Source: an uncultured archaeon (GTDB lineage: Archaea > Asgardarchaeota > Thorarchaeia > Thorarchaeales > Thorarchaeaceae). Taken from it: DNA of 64,000 nt. Location of the stretch: NCBI GenBank assembly GCA_964558645.1, contig CAZLEV010000011.1, forward strand, positions 56,385 through 120,384, in the 5' to 3' direction. The notes below the pieces were generated by a model. The model did no database searches, was not told the DNA's origin, and worked only from the letters and a program-made list of their open reading frames with translations. Each line of letters begins with the position of its first letter. Position 1 is the stretch's first letter. Positions 10,336 to 20,545 of the stretch are shown one piece after another. Made by a program: the position numbers and the translations under genes.

Positions 10336-11265
10336 CTAGCTAACATACGATCCGTAATCGATAGCAACGGTCGTTAGAACGTTTGTCTGAGCCTGCTGGA
10401 AGGAGTAAGCAGCTAGAACGTTCTTGAGAAGCATCGCAATGGTCATGGGACCAACTCCCCCTGGCACTGGAGTTATGTACGATGCGATGTCTTTGACTTC
10501 GTCAAAGTCCACATCACCATTAGGGGTAGCGACATCGATGACGATGGCACCTTTCTTCACCATGTCCGCGGTAATGAAGTACGGATCATCATCTCCTTGG
10601 CGTCGACCCACTGCAGTAACGAGTATGTCAGCCTGTTTCGTCATGGAAGGCAAGTCGCGGGTATGTGAATGGCAAACGGTGACCGTGATGTTCCTATTCA
10701 GGAGCAGGAAGATCAGGGGTTTCCCCACAATTGTTGATCTGTTGACGATGACAGCGTGCATCCCGTCCAGATCAACCCCCAGCAAATCCAGCATCGTCAC
10801 AATGCCTTGTGGTGTAGCCGAACAGAGCATCTCACCACCATAGAAGAGACGATAGATGTTCCGGGGAGAGAAACCGTCAACATCCTTGCTCGGGTCGATA
10901 GCGCTAATGATGGTTTCTTCCTCAATGTGCCTTGGCAACGGGAGCTGAACCAGAATACCATGAACACTCGCATCTCGGTTGAGCTGCTCAATCAGTTTCA
11001 TCAGGTCTTCTTCGCTCGTGTCACTCGGTAACGAATAGCCATCAGAAATGATGCCCGCTCCCTTGCACGCACGGTGTTTCATTCTGACATACATCTTTGA
11101 GCCTGGGTCTTCTCCAACTATAACCGTAGTCAGTTTGGGAGCAATTCCATGTAGCTCTGTCAGGCGCTCTACTTCAGATGCAATCTGGGAGCGAATCCTC
11201 TTGCTCAGTTTCTTTCCATCGATGACATTACCTTCGATGAAATCTTCAGGCTTGATTCGTTTCAC
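10336..11265 (-). CDS. folD: Bifunctional methylene-THF dehydrogenase / methenyl-THF cyclohydrolase
   Basis: YVRMK, GILVQLPLP, KDVDG, VGKP, TPVPGGVGPMT. Confidence 0.96.
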   Translation of the reverse strand: MKRIKPEDFIEGNVIDGKKLSKRIRSQIASEVERLTELHGIAPKLTTVIVGEDPGSKMYVRMKHRACKGAGIISDGYSLPSDTSEEDLMKLIEQLNRDASVHGILVQLPLPRHIEEETIISAIDPSKDVDGFSPRNIYRLFYGGEMLCSATPQGIVTMLDLLGVDLDGMHAVIVNRSTIVGKPLIFLLLNRNITVTVCHSHTRDLPSMTKQADILVTAVGRRQGDDDPYFITADMVKKGAIVIDVATPNGDVDFDEVKDIASYITPVPGGVGPMTIAMLLKNVLAAYSFQQAQTNVLTTVAIDYGSYVS

Positions 11266-11277
11266 TGCACAAACCTC

Positions 11278-12876
11278 CTAGAAGACCCCGTAGATATCAC
11301 CATCTTCATCTAGGCCCATTCCAATTGCCGCAGGTTCTTCGGGCAAGCCGGGCATCAGCATGACATCGCCCATGTACACAATCACAAATCCGGCACCAGC
11401 ACTGACGTCAACATCTCGTACAAAGACCTCAAAGCCGGTCGGGCGTCCTTTAAGTCGCGGATTGTCAGAGATGCTGAACTGCGTCTTGGCAACACAGATG
11501 GGCAACTCACCGTATCCACGCCTCTCCAATGAACGTATCGGGCCGCGCGCATTGTCCGAAAAGATCACCCCATCTGCCCCATACACTTTCGTGGATAGCT
11601 TCTCGATCTTGGTCTTCAGGTCATCTTTGAGATCATATGTCGGTATCACCTTGGCATCTGCGTCGACTGCATCCAATACGGCTGAGGCCAAATCCTCTCC
11701 ACCCTTGCTTCCTTCTGCAAATACATCAGAAACCTCCATGGACAAACCTCGCTCATCACAGAATGAACGGAGAGTATCTATCTCCGAATCCGTATCGTCC
11801 GGAAACCTGTTCAGTGCAATCACTGCAGGCAATCCAAAGTCACGGATATTCTCAACATGCTTCTGTAGATTCGGAAAACCTTTGTCGAGTTCGCCGTCAC
11901 CGTGCTCTTTCAGTGCACGGATTGAGGTGACAATGACAACAGCGTTGACATCGAAGTCTCCGGCGCGAGTGACTATATTGAGAAACTTCTCTGCACCAAG
12001 GTCAGCGCCAAAACCTGCTTCGATGACCACATAATCAAAGAGCCTCAATGCGATATCAGTAGCTATGACCGAGTTAGTCCCATGTGCAATGTTTGCAAAT
12101 GGTCCTGTGTGAATGATGGCCGGTGTTCCCTCACTGGTCTGTACAAGATTTGGTTTCAGGGCGTCTTTGAGAAGCACACTCATCGCTCCCTCAGCCTTGA
12201 GATCGCCCGCATATACCTCCTTCAAGTTCATGTCACGTGAGAGTAGGATCCGTGAGAGGCGCTTCTGCAAGTCATCATAGTCTTTAGCCAGAGCAAGAAT
12301 TGCCATGATCTCGGAGGCGGCCGTAATGACAAACCTGTCTTCTCGAGGAAATCCGTTGGACTTGCCACCTAAGCCCACCATGACGTTTCTGAGGGCTCGG
12401 TCATTCATGTCTATGGCGCGGGGCCAGTAGACTCTCCTGACATCAATACCGAGTTCGTTGTCTTGGTGAACATGATTATCCATCATCGCTGAGAGAAGAT
12501 TATGCGCTGCAGTGATTGCCGGGAAATCCGCGGTGAACATCAGATTGATGCGGTCAGAGGGCAGTACCTTGGACTTGCCACCACCAGTTGCTCCACCCTT
12601 GATACCGAATACAGGACCGAGAGAGGGTTCTCGAAGAGTCACAACAGCGTCATGGCCCATTGCATTGAGAGCCATCGAGAGTCCAATCGAGGTTGTCGTT
12701 TTCCCCTCTCCAGCCGGCGTGGGCGTTGTCGCCGTGACCAGTATCAATTTGCCCTTTCTCTTACCGAGCTTCCTTCGTATATCTAAGTCAATCTTCGCCA
12801 TGTACTTCCCATAGGGCTCAAGGAATTCTTCTGAAATGCCAGCTTTTTCAGCCACCTTAGTTATGTGAATCATCAT
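11278..12876 (-). CDS. fhs: Formate--tetrahydrofolate ligase
   Basis: TPAGEGKTT, REPSLGP, KGGATGGG, GPFANIAHG, EAGFGADLGAEKF, MPGLP. Confidence 0.97.
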   Translation of the reverse strand: MMIHITKVAEKAGISEEFLEPYGKYMAKIDLDIRRKLGKRKGKLILVTATTPTPAGEGKTTTSIGLSMALNAMGHDAVVTLREPSLGPVFGIKGGATGGGKSKVLPSDRINLMFTADFPAITAAHNLLSAMMDNHVHQDNELGIDVRRVYWPRAIDMNDRALRNVMVGLGGKSNGFPREDRFVITAASEIMAILALAKDYDDLQKRLSRILLSRDMNLKEVYAGDLKAEGAMSVLLKDALKPNLVQTSEGTPAIIHTGPFANIAHGTNSVIATDIALRLFDYVVIEAGFGADLGAEKFLNIVTRAGDFDVNAVVIVTSIRALKEHGDGELDKGFPNLQKHVENIRDFGLPAVIALNRFPDDTDSEIDTLRSFCDERGLSMEVSDVFAEGSKGGEDLASAVLDAVDADAKVIPTYDLKDDLKTKIEKLSTKVYGADGVIFSDNARGPIRSLERRGYGELPICVAKTQFSISDNPRLKGRPTGFEVFVRDVDVSAGAGFVIVYMGDVMLMPGLPEEPAAIGMGLDEDGDIYGVF

Positions 12877-13018
12877 TCTGCACCAATCTGAGTAAACAGG
12901 GTGACTTTTGACTCATAGTGTCAAGAAGCTTTCCCTTTATGTTGTTGAATACTACTTCCGAGTGCCGCTCCAAAAGAACATAAGCCCTATTGTATAGACA
13001 AGAGACGGGCTGATTGAA

Positions 13019-14320
13019 ATGGAGAGGATTCCCCTCGAGGCACTACCTGATGCATTACCGGACGGTATAGACATAGAGAATTATGTGATATGCACCTACT
13101 ATGTGGGTCTTCCCCCCTTTATGGATGCAAGACAAGTTGCACATGCTGCGGCAGTTGAGCAGAGCACAGGAACTTGGACAATGGTTCCAGGGGAGACCTT
13201 GGAAGTGCGGAAGCGGCATGTAGCCAAAGTGGTGGGCATCTATGAGGTGCCACAGTACGAATACAGCACCCCAAAGGATATCGAGCGGAGACAGTACATC
13301 ATTCAAGTGGCATATCCGTGGGAGAACTTCGGCAGACAGATTCCGATGCTACTGAGCACAGTCATCGGGAATATATCACTGGGAGGGCGTATCAAGTGTC
13401 TCGATATGCGCTTTCCAAAGTCATGGTTGAAGGGCTTCAAAGGCCCGAAGTTTGGCATCAAGGGACTTCGAAAACTCCTTGGCGTGAAGAAACGACCACT
13501 ACTAAACAACATGATCAAACCATGTGTGTACACATCAGCCAGTATGGGAGCGGATCTGGCCTACCAAGCTGCTGTCGGGGGGGCGGATATTATCAAGGAC
13601 GACGAGCTCCTTGCAGACCCAGAGTTCAACACGCTTGAAGAGAGGATACCGCTGTTCATGGAAGCTTTGGACAAAGCAGATTCAGAGAAAGGAGAGAAGA
13701 CATTATTCACAGTAAACATCACAGACAGTGTCCCCAAGCTGTTCGATAATGCCGACAGGGCAGTTGAACTGGGAGCCAATGCGCTCATGATAAACTTCCT
13801 CGCTGTGGGGTATTCTGCATTCAGACATGTGTGTGAAATGAGTGAGGTTCCAGTCCTTGCACACATGGACATCGCCGGGGCTCTATCGTACTCACCAATA
13901 ACCGGTATTGGAACGAACATCGTGATCGGTAAGCTCCCTAGAATCTGTGGGTCGGACATAACCGTCTTCCCTGCCCCCTACGGGAAAGCACCGCTGCTGA
14001 AGGAACGCTTTCTAGCCATGGCACATCACATGATCATGCCTCTCAGAAACATCAACCCCAGTATGCCCATGCCCAGTGGCGGAATATCTCAGGGTATGGT
14101 GGAGGAGGCGGTGGACGATCTGGGACCAGACATCGTGATTGGGTCAGGTGGAGCGATACACGCCCATCCAGATGGTCCAAGAGCTGGAGCAATGGCATTT
14201 AGGCAGGCCATTGAGGCCAAGATGAAAGGGATTCACGTCAGTGTCTATGCCAAGGAACACGAAGAGCTGAAGAAAGCTATGGACTCATGGGGCTCCGGTC
14301 GGACTGGATTCGACCTGTAA
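13019..14320 (+). CDS. RuBisCO-like protein (form IV, RLP)
   Basis: EQSTGTW, GPKFGI, IKP, GGADIIKDDELL (carbamylated-Lys motif), SGG, GGAIHAHPDG; lacks the R295 and H327 equivalents of true RuBisCOs. Confidence 0.88.
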   Translation: MERIPLEALPDALPDGIDIENYVICTYYVGLPPFMDARQVAHAAAVEQSTGTWTMVPGETLEVRKRHVAKVVGIYEVPQYEYSTPKDIERRQYIIQVAYPWENFGRQIPMLLSTVIGNISLGGRIKCLDMRFPKSWLKGFKGPKFGIKGLRKLLGVKKRPLLNNMIKPCVYTSASMGADLAYQAAVGGADIIKDDELLADPEFNTLEERIPLFMEALDKADSEKGEKTLFTVNITDSVPKLFDNADRAVELGANALMINFLAVGYSAFRHVCEMSEVPVLAHMDIAGALSYSPITGIGTNIVIGKLPRICGSDITVFPAPYGKAPLLKERFLAMAHHMIMPLRNINPSMPMPSGGISQGMVEEAVDDLGPDIVIGSGGAIHAHPDGPRAGAMAFRQAIEAKMKGIHVSVYAKEHEELKKAMDSWGSGRTGFDL

Positions 14321-14353
14321 TGCTGAGAAACTGGTGACAGAGAAACAGGAGGT

Positions 14354-15937
14354 TCAATGAGCCTGTTCGTTCATCTTTTTCCAGAGGTCCTTGTTCTTCT
14401 TGTAGTACTTCTTCATGATCTCATAGAGATGATCGTACGTCGCAAGAGTGTCAGCGTTAGGTTCGAAGATGTGATCAATTTTTATCTTATCTGCAACCTG
14501 ATTGAAATCCCTCAGTTCCCCTAGACCCACAAATGCAACCATTGATACACCTATGCTTCCTGCTGCCTGCGGATTTTGCATCCTGTGTATTGGCTTCTGG
14601 AGGACATCAGCAAATATCTGTGGCCAAAGATCAGACTTGGCGCATCCACCAATCATGTTGATTTTCGGTACCTTCCCCAGCATCTTTCGTTTCTCGACCC
14701 CTTCCATCATCCAGCGGGTATGAAGAGCAACGCCCTCTAGTACGGATCGCACCATATGCTTCTTCGAGTGGGCCAGTGATAGATTGAAGTAACCGCCGCG
14801 TACATTATGGTCATCAAGTGGGCTGCGCTCTCCAAACATCCAAGGTGCAAAGAGTAGATTATCAGAACCCGGTTCGGACTCAGCGGCAATCTTGTCTATG
14901 ACAGAAAACGGGTTTCTCTCTCCAGTCTCGCAGGCCAAACACTCCTCGGCTGCAAGGGTACGAATGTTTTCACAGAGGTCACAGTGCCATTCTTCACGTA
15001 GATGCTTCAGGCACGCGCCGGCGGACTCTTGTTCAGCCACCATGAAATACTTGCCCGGAATGGCACTACGTATTGAACCCGTGAAGGAGCTGATGTCTAG
15101 CTTCCGGTCTTCAACATGAGCCCCCAGCCAAGCACTTGACCCTGCGTAGAGATGGCATTCTTTTTCACCCACAGCCCCCGAACCAACTCCCGCAGCAGTC
15201 ATATCTCCGCTCCCGTTCACGACCATGGTCTCGGTGGTGAGCCCTAGATCTCTTGCAGCGTCGGACGTCAATGACCCCACCACTTCTGTAGAAGGTGCCA
15301 GCCGGGGGAGCTTTTCAACATCAAGATTCATCCATCCCAGAATAGTCTCGGACCATTCATTGTTACCCTTGCGTGTGTTCATGAACCACGTGAGGTTCGC
15401 ACAGTCCCAGGAGGTCACATACTCGCCAGTGGTGCGAAATATCAAATAGTCCTTACAATCCAAGAATTTACAGGTCTTCTCATACACCTCTGGGCGCTCC
15501 TCCATGATCCAGAGAATCTTCCCGATGATGTCCTTGCCTGAGGGCAGTCCACCCGTGATTCGTAGCATCCTGAGCATTCTGATTGGATTCGAGATGATCT
15601 CCTTGTTCTGCCGAGCCGCCCTTGAGTCCATCCAGGTCATGCAATTCATCAGGGGCTCTCCGTCTTCATTAACAGGGATTGTACCCATCATTTGAGTCGA
15701 GAAGGTGAGGGCAATCACATCTCTGGGAGACACTTTGGACTTCGATATCACTCTACGTGATGTCTCCCGGATGGCATTCCACCAGTGCCGCTCTGGGTCT
15801 TGTTCTGCCCAGTTGACTTGGGGATAGAGGACAGGGTAGCTCTCTTCTGCAGAGGCCAGAATCTTACCGTCGATACTGACAAGAGATGCCTTATTGCCGC
15901 CGGTTCCTACATCGTGTGCTAGAACATACCCTGTCAT
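14354..15937 (-). CDS. FGGY-family carbohydrate kinase (xylulokinase-like)
   Basis: HDVGTGGNK, EQDP, WMDSR, GSGD, GERSP, LEGVA, GGCAKS. Confidence 0.92.
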   Translation of the reverse strand: MTGYVLAHDVGTGGNKASLVSIDGKILASAEESYPVLYPQVNWAEQDPERHWWNAIRETSRRVISKSKVSPRDVIALTFSTQMMGTIPVNEDGEPLMNCMTWMDSRAARQNKEIISNPIRMLRMLRITGGLPSGKDIIGKILWIMEERPEVYEKTCKFLDCKDYLIFRTTGEYVTSWDCANLTWFMNTRKGNNEWSETILGWMNLDVEKLPRLAPSTEVVGSLTSDAARDLGLTTETMVVNGSGDMTAAGVGSGAVGEKECHLYAGSSAWLGAHVEDRKLDISSFTGSIRSAIPGKYFMVAEQESAGACLKHLREEWHCDLCENIRTLAAEECLACETGERNPFSVIDKIAAESEPGSDNLLFAPWMFGERSPLDDHNVRGGYFNLSLAHSKKHMVRSVLEGVALHTRWMMEGVEKRKMLGKVPKINMIGGCAKSDLWPQIFADVLQKPIHRMQNPQAAGSIGVSMVAFVGLGELRDFNQVADKIKIDHIFEPNADTLATYDHLYEIMKKYYKKNKDLWKKMNEQAH

Positions 15938-16032
15938 GAGTCAGCCACACTTCAACTGACAAGAGTGTACTTGGCGTGCAAAATAGATTTCGATTGCCTT
16001 TCTGACACAGCAATGGCATATATCGAGGCCAG

Positions 16033-17247
16033 TTACAGGGCGATTCGCTCGAGATTCCCCTCATGATCAATGGATTCGATAATCAATGGAGAACCCTCTC
16101 CTGTTACATCATCTAGTTTCAGATACTCTTGCATGAGCCCAAGGAACTCAAGAGGTTTGATACATGCCTCCGGAGGCAGAACGCCTTTACCCTCCACTTT
16201 GCCTCTCTGCATGAGGAGAGCTCCAATAGCAGCTGGAATGCCAGTTCCCTCCCCCATGGACTGCCCCTCGGAAGCAAGAGAGAAGTCGAACTGGTGGTGC
16301 TTGCCCTCAACAGCACCCTTCATCGTAATCTTAAGACAACCTCGCTGTGTTCCGAAATTGGTGGCTTCCAGAATCTCGTCTCTCCGCGAAATGATATAGG
16401 CGATAGTGAATTCTCTCGGAACCACCTCCTGTCCCTTGACAATGATGGGCTCCTCGTCCACAATACCGAGCCTAACGATGCCCCTGATCAGCTCGTAATA
16501 CTCTGTCGGGATCACACATCCGAGATTCGTCACTCGCCGGCAATCAATATAGTTGGGCAATGTTATGGTCTCAGGGTGGGGGTAAGGATAACAGCGATAT
16601 GTTCCAACGCAGTGGAATTCAACATCCTCTTCAAGGGCTTGCCCGCTCTCTTCGAAGTATTTCACCGTGGTAAGCTCGCCATCGAGGTACATAGGAATAT
16701 CAGCCAGCATGCTGTGAATCCTGTGAGCAACAACAGCCGGGCCCTCATTAGGCTCACCCCCGTGTGCATGAAGAATGTCAATTGAGTCCACCTCATCGAG
16801 CATGTGATCTGCACAGAACTTGGCTAGAAGATTAGCCACACCAGGCGAGCTGCCCATTCCTGTTAGGGCTGTGACATTAGCTTTCTTCGCAGCTGTATCC
16901 ATCTCAAGTAGTTTCTTTGTGGCGTCAAAGTCGTCACAGACATCAACATAGTTGATTCCAGCCTCGATAACAGCTTTGAGGACTATTGGTCCATACTTGT
17001 AGAATGGCCCACAGCAATTCAGGACTACGTCTGCATTCTTGACGGCATTCGTTATGCTTCCAGCATTCCCTGCATCAACTGCAAGGGCCGAACAACTGTC
17101 AGATCCAATCTCAGCAGCCCTTTCATGCGCCCCCTCTTCATTGATGTCAGCAATGACAATCTCATCGAAATCATCGAATGAGGCAAGGGCTCGTACAGCG
17201 ACACTTCCAACAATGCCGCAACCTCCAATGACCACAACTCTTGACAT
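16033..17247 (-). CDS. Saccharopine dehydrogenase-like oxidoreductase
   Basis: GGCGIVG Rossmann motif, NCCGPF, YVDVCDD, GMGSSPG, HPET, GVLPPE; ATG 17247 preferred over 17274. Confidence 0.88.
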   Translation of the reverse strand: MSRVVVIGGCGIVGSVAVRALASFDDFDEIVIADINEEGAHERAAEIGSDSCSALAVDAGNAGSITNAVKNADVVLNCCGPFYKYGPIVLKAVIEAGINYVDVCDDFDATKKLLEMDTAAKKANVTALTGMGSSPGVANLLAKFCADHMLDEVDSIDILHAHGGEPNEGPAVVAHRIHSMLADIPMYLDGELTTVKYFEESGQALEEDVEFHCVGTYRCYPYPHPETITLPNYIDCRRVTNLGCVIPTEYYELIRGIVRLGIVDEEPIIVKGQEVVPREFTIAYIISRRDEILEATNFGTQRGCLKITMKGAVEGKHHQFDFSLASEGQSMGEGTGIPAAIGALLMQRGKVEGKGVLPPEACIKPLEFLGLMQEYLKLDDVTGEGSPLIIESIDHEGNLERIAL

Positions 17248-17483
17248 GACTATCATGAAGAGAACTGCCGACATATAGATATGTCGAGCTTAACTCCACT
17301 ATACGCGAGTAGGGGGATCTGATCCCTGCATCTGCGGAAGGGGTCGTGAGATTCTTACGAGTCAACCTAGAATTCATGCCGAACAGATAGCATTACCACA
17401 TGATTCCTTGGGCCACTATGGCTTTCTCATCTTTGCGACTTGCAAATGACGATGGCAGAACAAGAATTGCCTCTCTTATGAAA

Positions 17484-18215
17484 TCAGAAAATAGAAACAC
17501 GGTCGCCGGGTTGAAGGTCAATTCTGTCGATAGCCCGTGCATTCCGTCGGCAGATCTCCAGAGTGCCTGCGCTACCCGTTACGATGAAGAGCTCGTCATC
17601 GGGACCTTCGCCGTACGTAGAATGGCATCTCAGGGGCATCTTCAATTCATCTTTCATAAGACAGACTTCGTCTTTGGCCAGTGGGGGCAGATTGGTGATT
17701 ATGTTACCAAAGCGATCTATCCGGACGACTTGACCTTCTCGCCCGTCAAGATGAAACGTCAGAGGCACTTGAAGCGATTCCCTGTACTCGCCCAGTCGCT
17801 TCCCCGCAACACCCTTCTCAAGATAGGCTGCCATGCGTGCAAATACGTCACGGCCGTGGAATGTTCTTGCATCCTCTTCCTCAACAGCAATTGTGAATAT
17901 CTCCTCCACTCCGTCATCCTGAACAGCGGGATAGAGAACACCATTATCGGGCCCAATGAAGTTGAAATTAGCGGTCTTTACCAAGACAGCATCGCGTTCG
18001 GTGCCAACGCCGGGATCCACCACTACCACAAAGGTTGTTCGCCGCGGGAAGTAGGAGTAGCTCCTATGAAGTATCCACGCACCTTCAACTATCGATTGAG
18101 GACTCACAGAATGCGTGAGGTCAATGATACGAGCCTTGTCGCAGATAGAGTATATCATTCCCTTCATCATTCCGACATACTCCGACTCGCCGAAATCCGT
18201 TAGCAGTACAATCAT
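17484..18215 (-). CDS. SAM hydroxide adenosyltransferase (DUF62, fluorinase/chlorinase family)
   Basis: LLTDFG, VVDPGVGT, GPDNG, TFHGRDVF, DRFGNIITN. Confidence 0.93.
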   Translation of the reverse strand: MIVLLTDFGESEYVGMMKGMIYSICDKARIIDLTHSVSPQSIVEGAWILHRSYSYFPRRTTFVVVVDPGVGTERDAVLVKTANFNFIGPDNGVLYPAVQDDGVEEIFTIAVEEEDARTFHGRDVFARMAAYLEKGVAGKRLGEYRESLQVPLTFHLDGREGQVVRIDRFGNIITNLPPLAKDEVCLMKDELKMPLRCHSTYGEGPDDELFIVTGSAGTLEICRRNARAIDRIDLQPGDRVSIF

Positions 18216-18248
18216 GAGAAAACCTCTATTCACCTATGTATCATTGCG

Positions 18249-19382
18249 TTATTCTACCTTGATCAATCGTATCTCGTTGTAGTCGCTGATGACCCGTATG
18301 TAGCCGCGAAGCATCTCATCAACATCAGAATCGCCGGTATCGACCTTTAGAGTCTCTCCTTCAATGCCTTTGAGCTTCGAAGGGGTTGACAATACCTTGA
18401 TGTGATCTCTACCTACACGTTTGATTATCTCAGGACTGATCTGTTGGTTTCCTCGCCCAAACAGCATACCCTGGTGCCCGATGGGTGACACGATGATCCA
18501 CGCCTTCTCGAAATCATCCACTAACTCCAGAATCTGTGATTCATTTACATCGTTATGGACCTTGCCACTGTGATAGAGGTCCACGCCAAGTGTGGTCTTC
18601 TTGACGTCGAGGAGGCCCGTAACGCTTTCTACCGTCGTTCCGGGTCCCAGGATATAGTAACCGTCCTCCTCCATGCGTTCGATAATATGACGAGCTATCG
18701 CCTCCTGCGCCTCCTGCTCATTGGAGGTCTCAGGACTTGCCTGTTTGGCCCCCTGGAATCTTGCAGGAACCGACGGCCCTTGTAGGTAGCCATAGAGACG
18801 AATGTTGAAGTTGTCTTCACGAAAGGCCTGTTCGTCCGCATCCATTATTTCAAACTTGGAAGGCTGGGCGGAGCCCTCAAGTACAAGTCGAACTACGTCC
18901 GCAGCATCTTTCGGGTTTATCACAAAGATGCCGCTGTACATCTTCACTCCGGATGGGATGCCCAAGACGACCAGTTCATCCAATGAGTTCTCTTCCACCG
19001 AGTCAAGGATATCGCGGGCAGTGCCATCCCCACCAACAAATGCTAGAAGTTTCACTCCTGCGTCATAGAGTGCCTTCACACAGGCTTTTGTGTCCTGAGC
19101 AGTTGTGTCTTCATCAATGTCAACATTCACCACTGTGTGATCTATTCCCAGATCCATCAGAACGGAACTTCCCATGGGTTCTGGACACGAGCATATCTGG
19201 ACATCGAACCGCTCATCACCTAGTACAGCGGATTGTAGAGCCTCAAGGAATTCTTTTGCTCTCCCCGGTGCCACCGCTTTGGCCCCCCTCCTACGGGCCT
19301 CGTCCACAACTCCATCAGTTCCCTTAAGACCCACTCTTCCGCCCATTCCTGCGATCGGATTGACCAAGAACCCGAGTTTCAT
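18249..19382 (-). CDS. ATP-NAD kinase family protein (AcoX-like)
   Basis: VNPIAGMGGRVGLKGTDG, GGDGTARD, GIPSGVKMYS, GRGNQQ, VDTGD. Confidence 0.9.
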   Translation of the reverse strand: MKLGFLVNPIAGMGGRVGLKGTDGVVDEARRRGAKAVAPGRAKEFLEALQSAVLGDERFDVQICSCPEPMGSSVLMDLGIDHTVVNVDIDEDTTAQDTKACVKALYDAGVKLLAFVGGDGTARDILDSVEENSLDELVVLGIPSGVKMYSGIFVINPKDAADVVRLVLEGSAQPSKFEIMDADEQAFREDNFNIRLYGYLQGPSVPARFQGAKQASPETSNEQEAQEAIARHIIERMEEDGYYILGPGTTVESVTGLLDVKKTTLGVDLYHSGKVHNDVNESQILELVDDFEKAWIIVSPIGHQGMLFGRGNQQISPEIIKRVGRDHIKVLSTPSKLKGIEGETLKVDTGDSDVDEMLRGYIRVISDYNEIRLIKVE

Positions 19383-19465
19383 TGTTACTCTCGCCTATTG
19401 ACAGTCGGATGCACCCACTCTTTAGAGATTTGGTCTGACAAGGTAAGGGATTTAACGCCTGGCCA

Positions 19466-20518
19466 ATGGCTTTCTACTCAGTGAACAGAGTGACCTGTGA
19501 AATCATCCTCGACTTCAGAGGTGTTGACTTCTTCTGGCGAATCTTGGACATGTTTCAGTCTGGGACAAGACTGCAGCACGAAGTCTGGGAACGCCTCTTT
19601 GGCACACCCGGATACGCAGCATTGACCAAGAGTGAATTCTCCCGGGATGATCTTCGCCAAGCGATGTCCATCGCGTTTGATCCCAACAGAGCATTTGAGG
19701 CACGGAGTTCAAATGGCACCGAACTGGGGAGGTTTGTAGAACACTTCAGAAAGGTCGCTGATAGGCGCAGCGAGATAGAGGCAGTATTGGAAGGCCTCAA
19801 AGATAGAGCCGCACGGCTAGGAGATACTGTATCTGATCTCGTAAGGGGGTACCTGCCCACTGAGACACGGCTGGAAGATATCCGGGTAGCATTTGTCTTC
19901 TTCGAGCTGGATGCCAGAGGGCACGATTGTATAGTTGTGGACGCACTCTTGGCCGCTGAGATGGGAGAGCTCATTGATGTTCTGATTGGACATGAATTCC
20001 ATCACCAGTGCAGAGATGCCATTCTCTGCTATGACAAGGAATCTGTAGAAAGGCAGGATAAGGATATCATGTGGGTGCTGAACCAAGTCCAGGCAGAGGG
20101 CATAGCAGACCATATAGACAAACCTCGCTGGTTCTACGGCGAGAACCCTGTAGATGCATACTCCCAACTTGTAGAACGGTATCGATACGAGGTGCAAATA
20201 GCAGATGAAACACTCGGCCTGATGGATAGAGTGATAGAAACAGGATGCATCAAAGGGCAATCACACGAGGAGATTGGGAAGAGCATCCGAGAGATTCTGC
20301 CCCTTAGCGGGCACCCCATTGGATACTTCATGGCTAACCGAATAAGTGAAGCAAACCTGACGACAGAGATGATACAATCAGTCGGGAATCCCTTTGAGTT
20401 CTTCAAGCTGTACAACAGAGCGATGACAACAGAGAACAGGGTTGGCCTATCAGAGGCAACAAATGACCTGTTGGATGAACTTGAGAAGAGATACTGTGAG
20501 CAGGTCGATGTCTCCTAA
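19466..20518 (+). CDS. Putative Zn-dependent protease (DUF2268/DUF5700-like)
   Basis: HEFHH zincin motif followed by EGIAD; GHPIGYFMA. Confidence 0.7.
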   Translation: MAFYSVNRVTCEIILDFRGVDFFWRILDMFQSGTRLQHEVWERLFGTPGYAALTKSEFSRDDLRQAMSIAFDPNRAFEARSSNGTELGRFVEHFRKVADRRSEIEAVLEGLKDRAARLGDTVSDLVRGYLPTETRLEDIRVAFVFFELDARGHDCIVVDALLAAEMGELIDVLIGHEFHHQCRDAILCYDKESVERQDKDIMWVLNQVQAEGIADHIDKPRWFYGENPVDAYSQLVERYRYEVQIADETLGLMDRVIETGCIKGQSHEEIGKSIREILPLSGHPIGYFMANRISEANLTTEMIQSVGNPFEFFKLYNRAMTTENRVGLSEATNDLLDELEKRYCEQVDVS

Positions 20519-20545
20519 TGGAAGAAGACCTTGAAGAGGCGTAAA

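Noticed and set aside
13019-14320. CO2-fixing RuBisCO (forms I-III)
   Set aside because: The R295 and H327 equivalents are missing, so it is form IV
17400-18203. 267-aa plus-strand ORF
   Set aside because: Antisense shadow of the well-supported DUF62 gene
17484-18215. Fluorinase/chlorinase natural-product gene
   Set aside because: The TFHGRD motif is typical of the widespread SAM hydroxide adenosyltransferases, and there is no biosynthetic context
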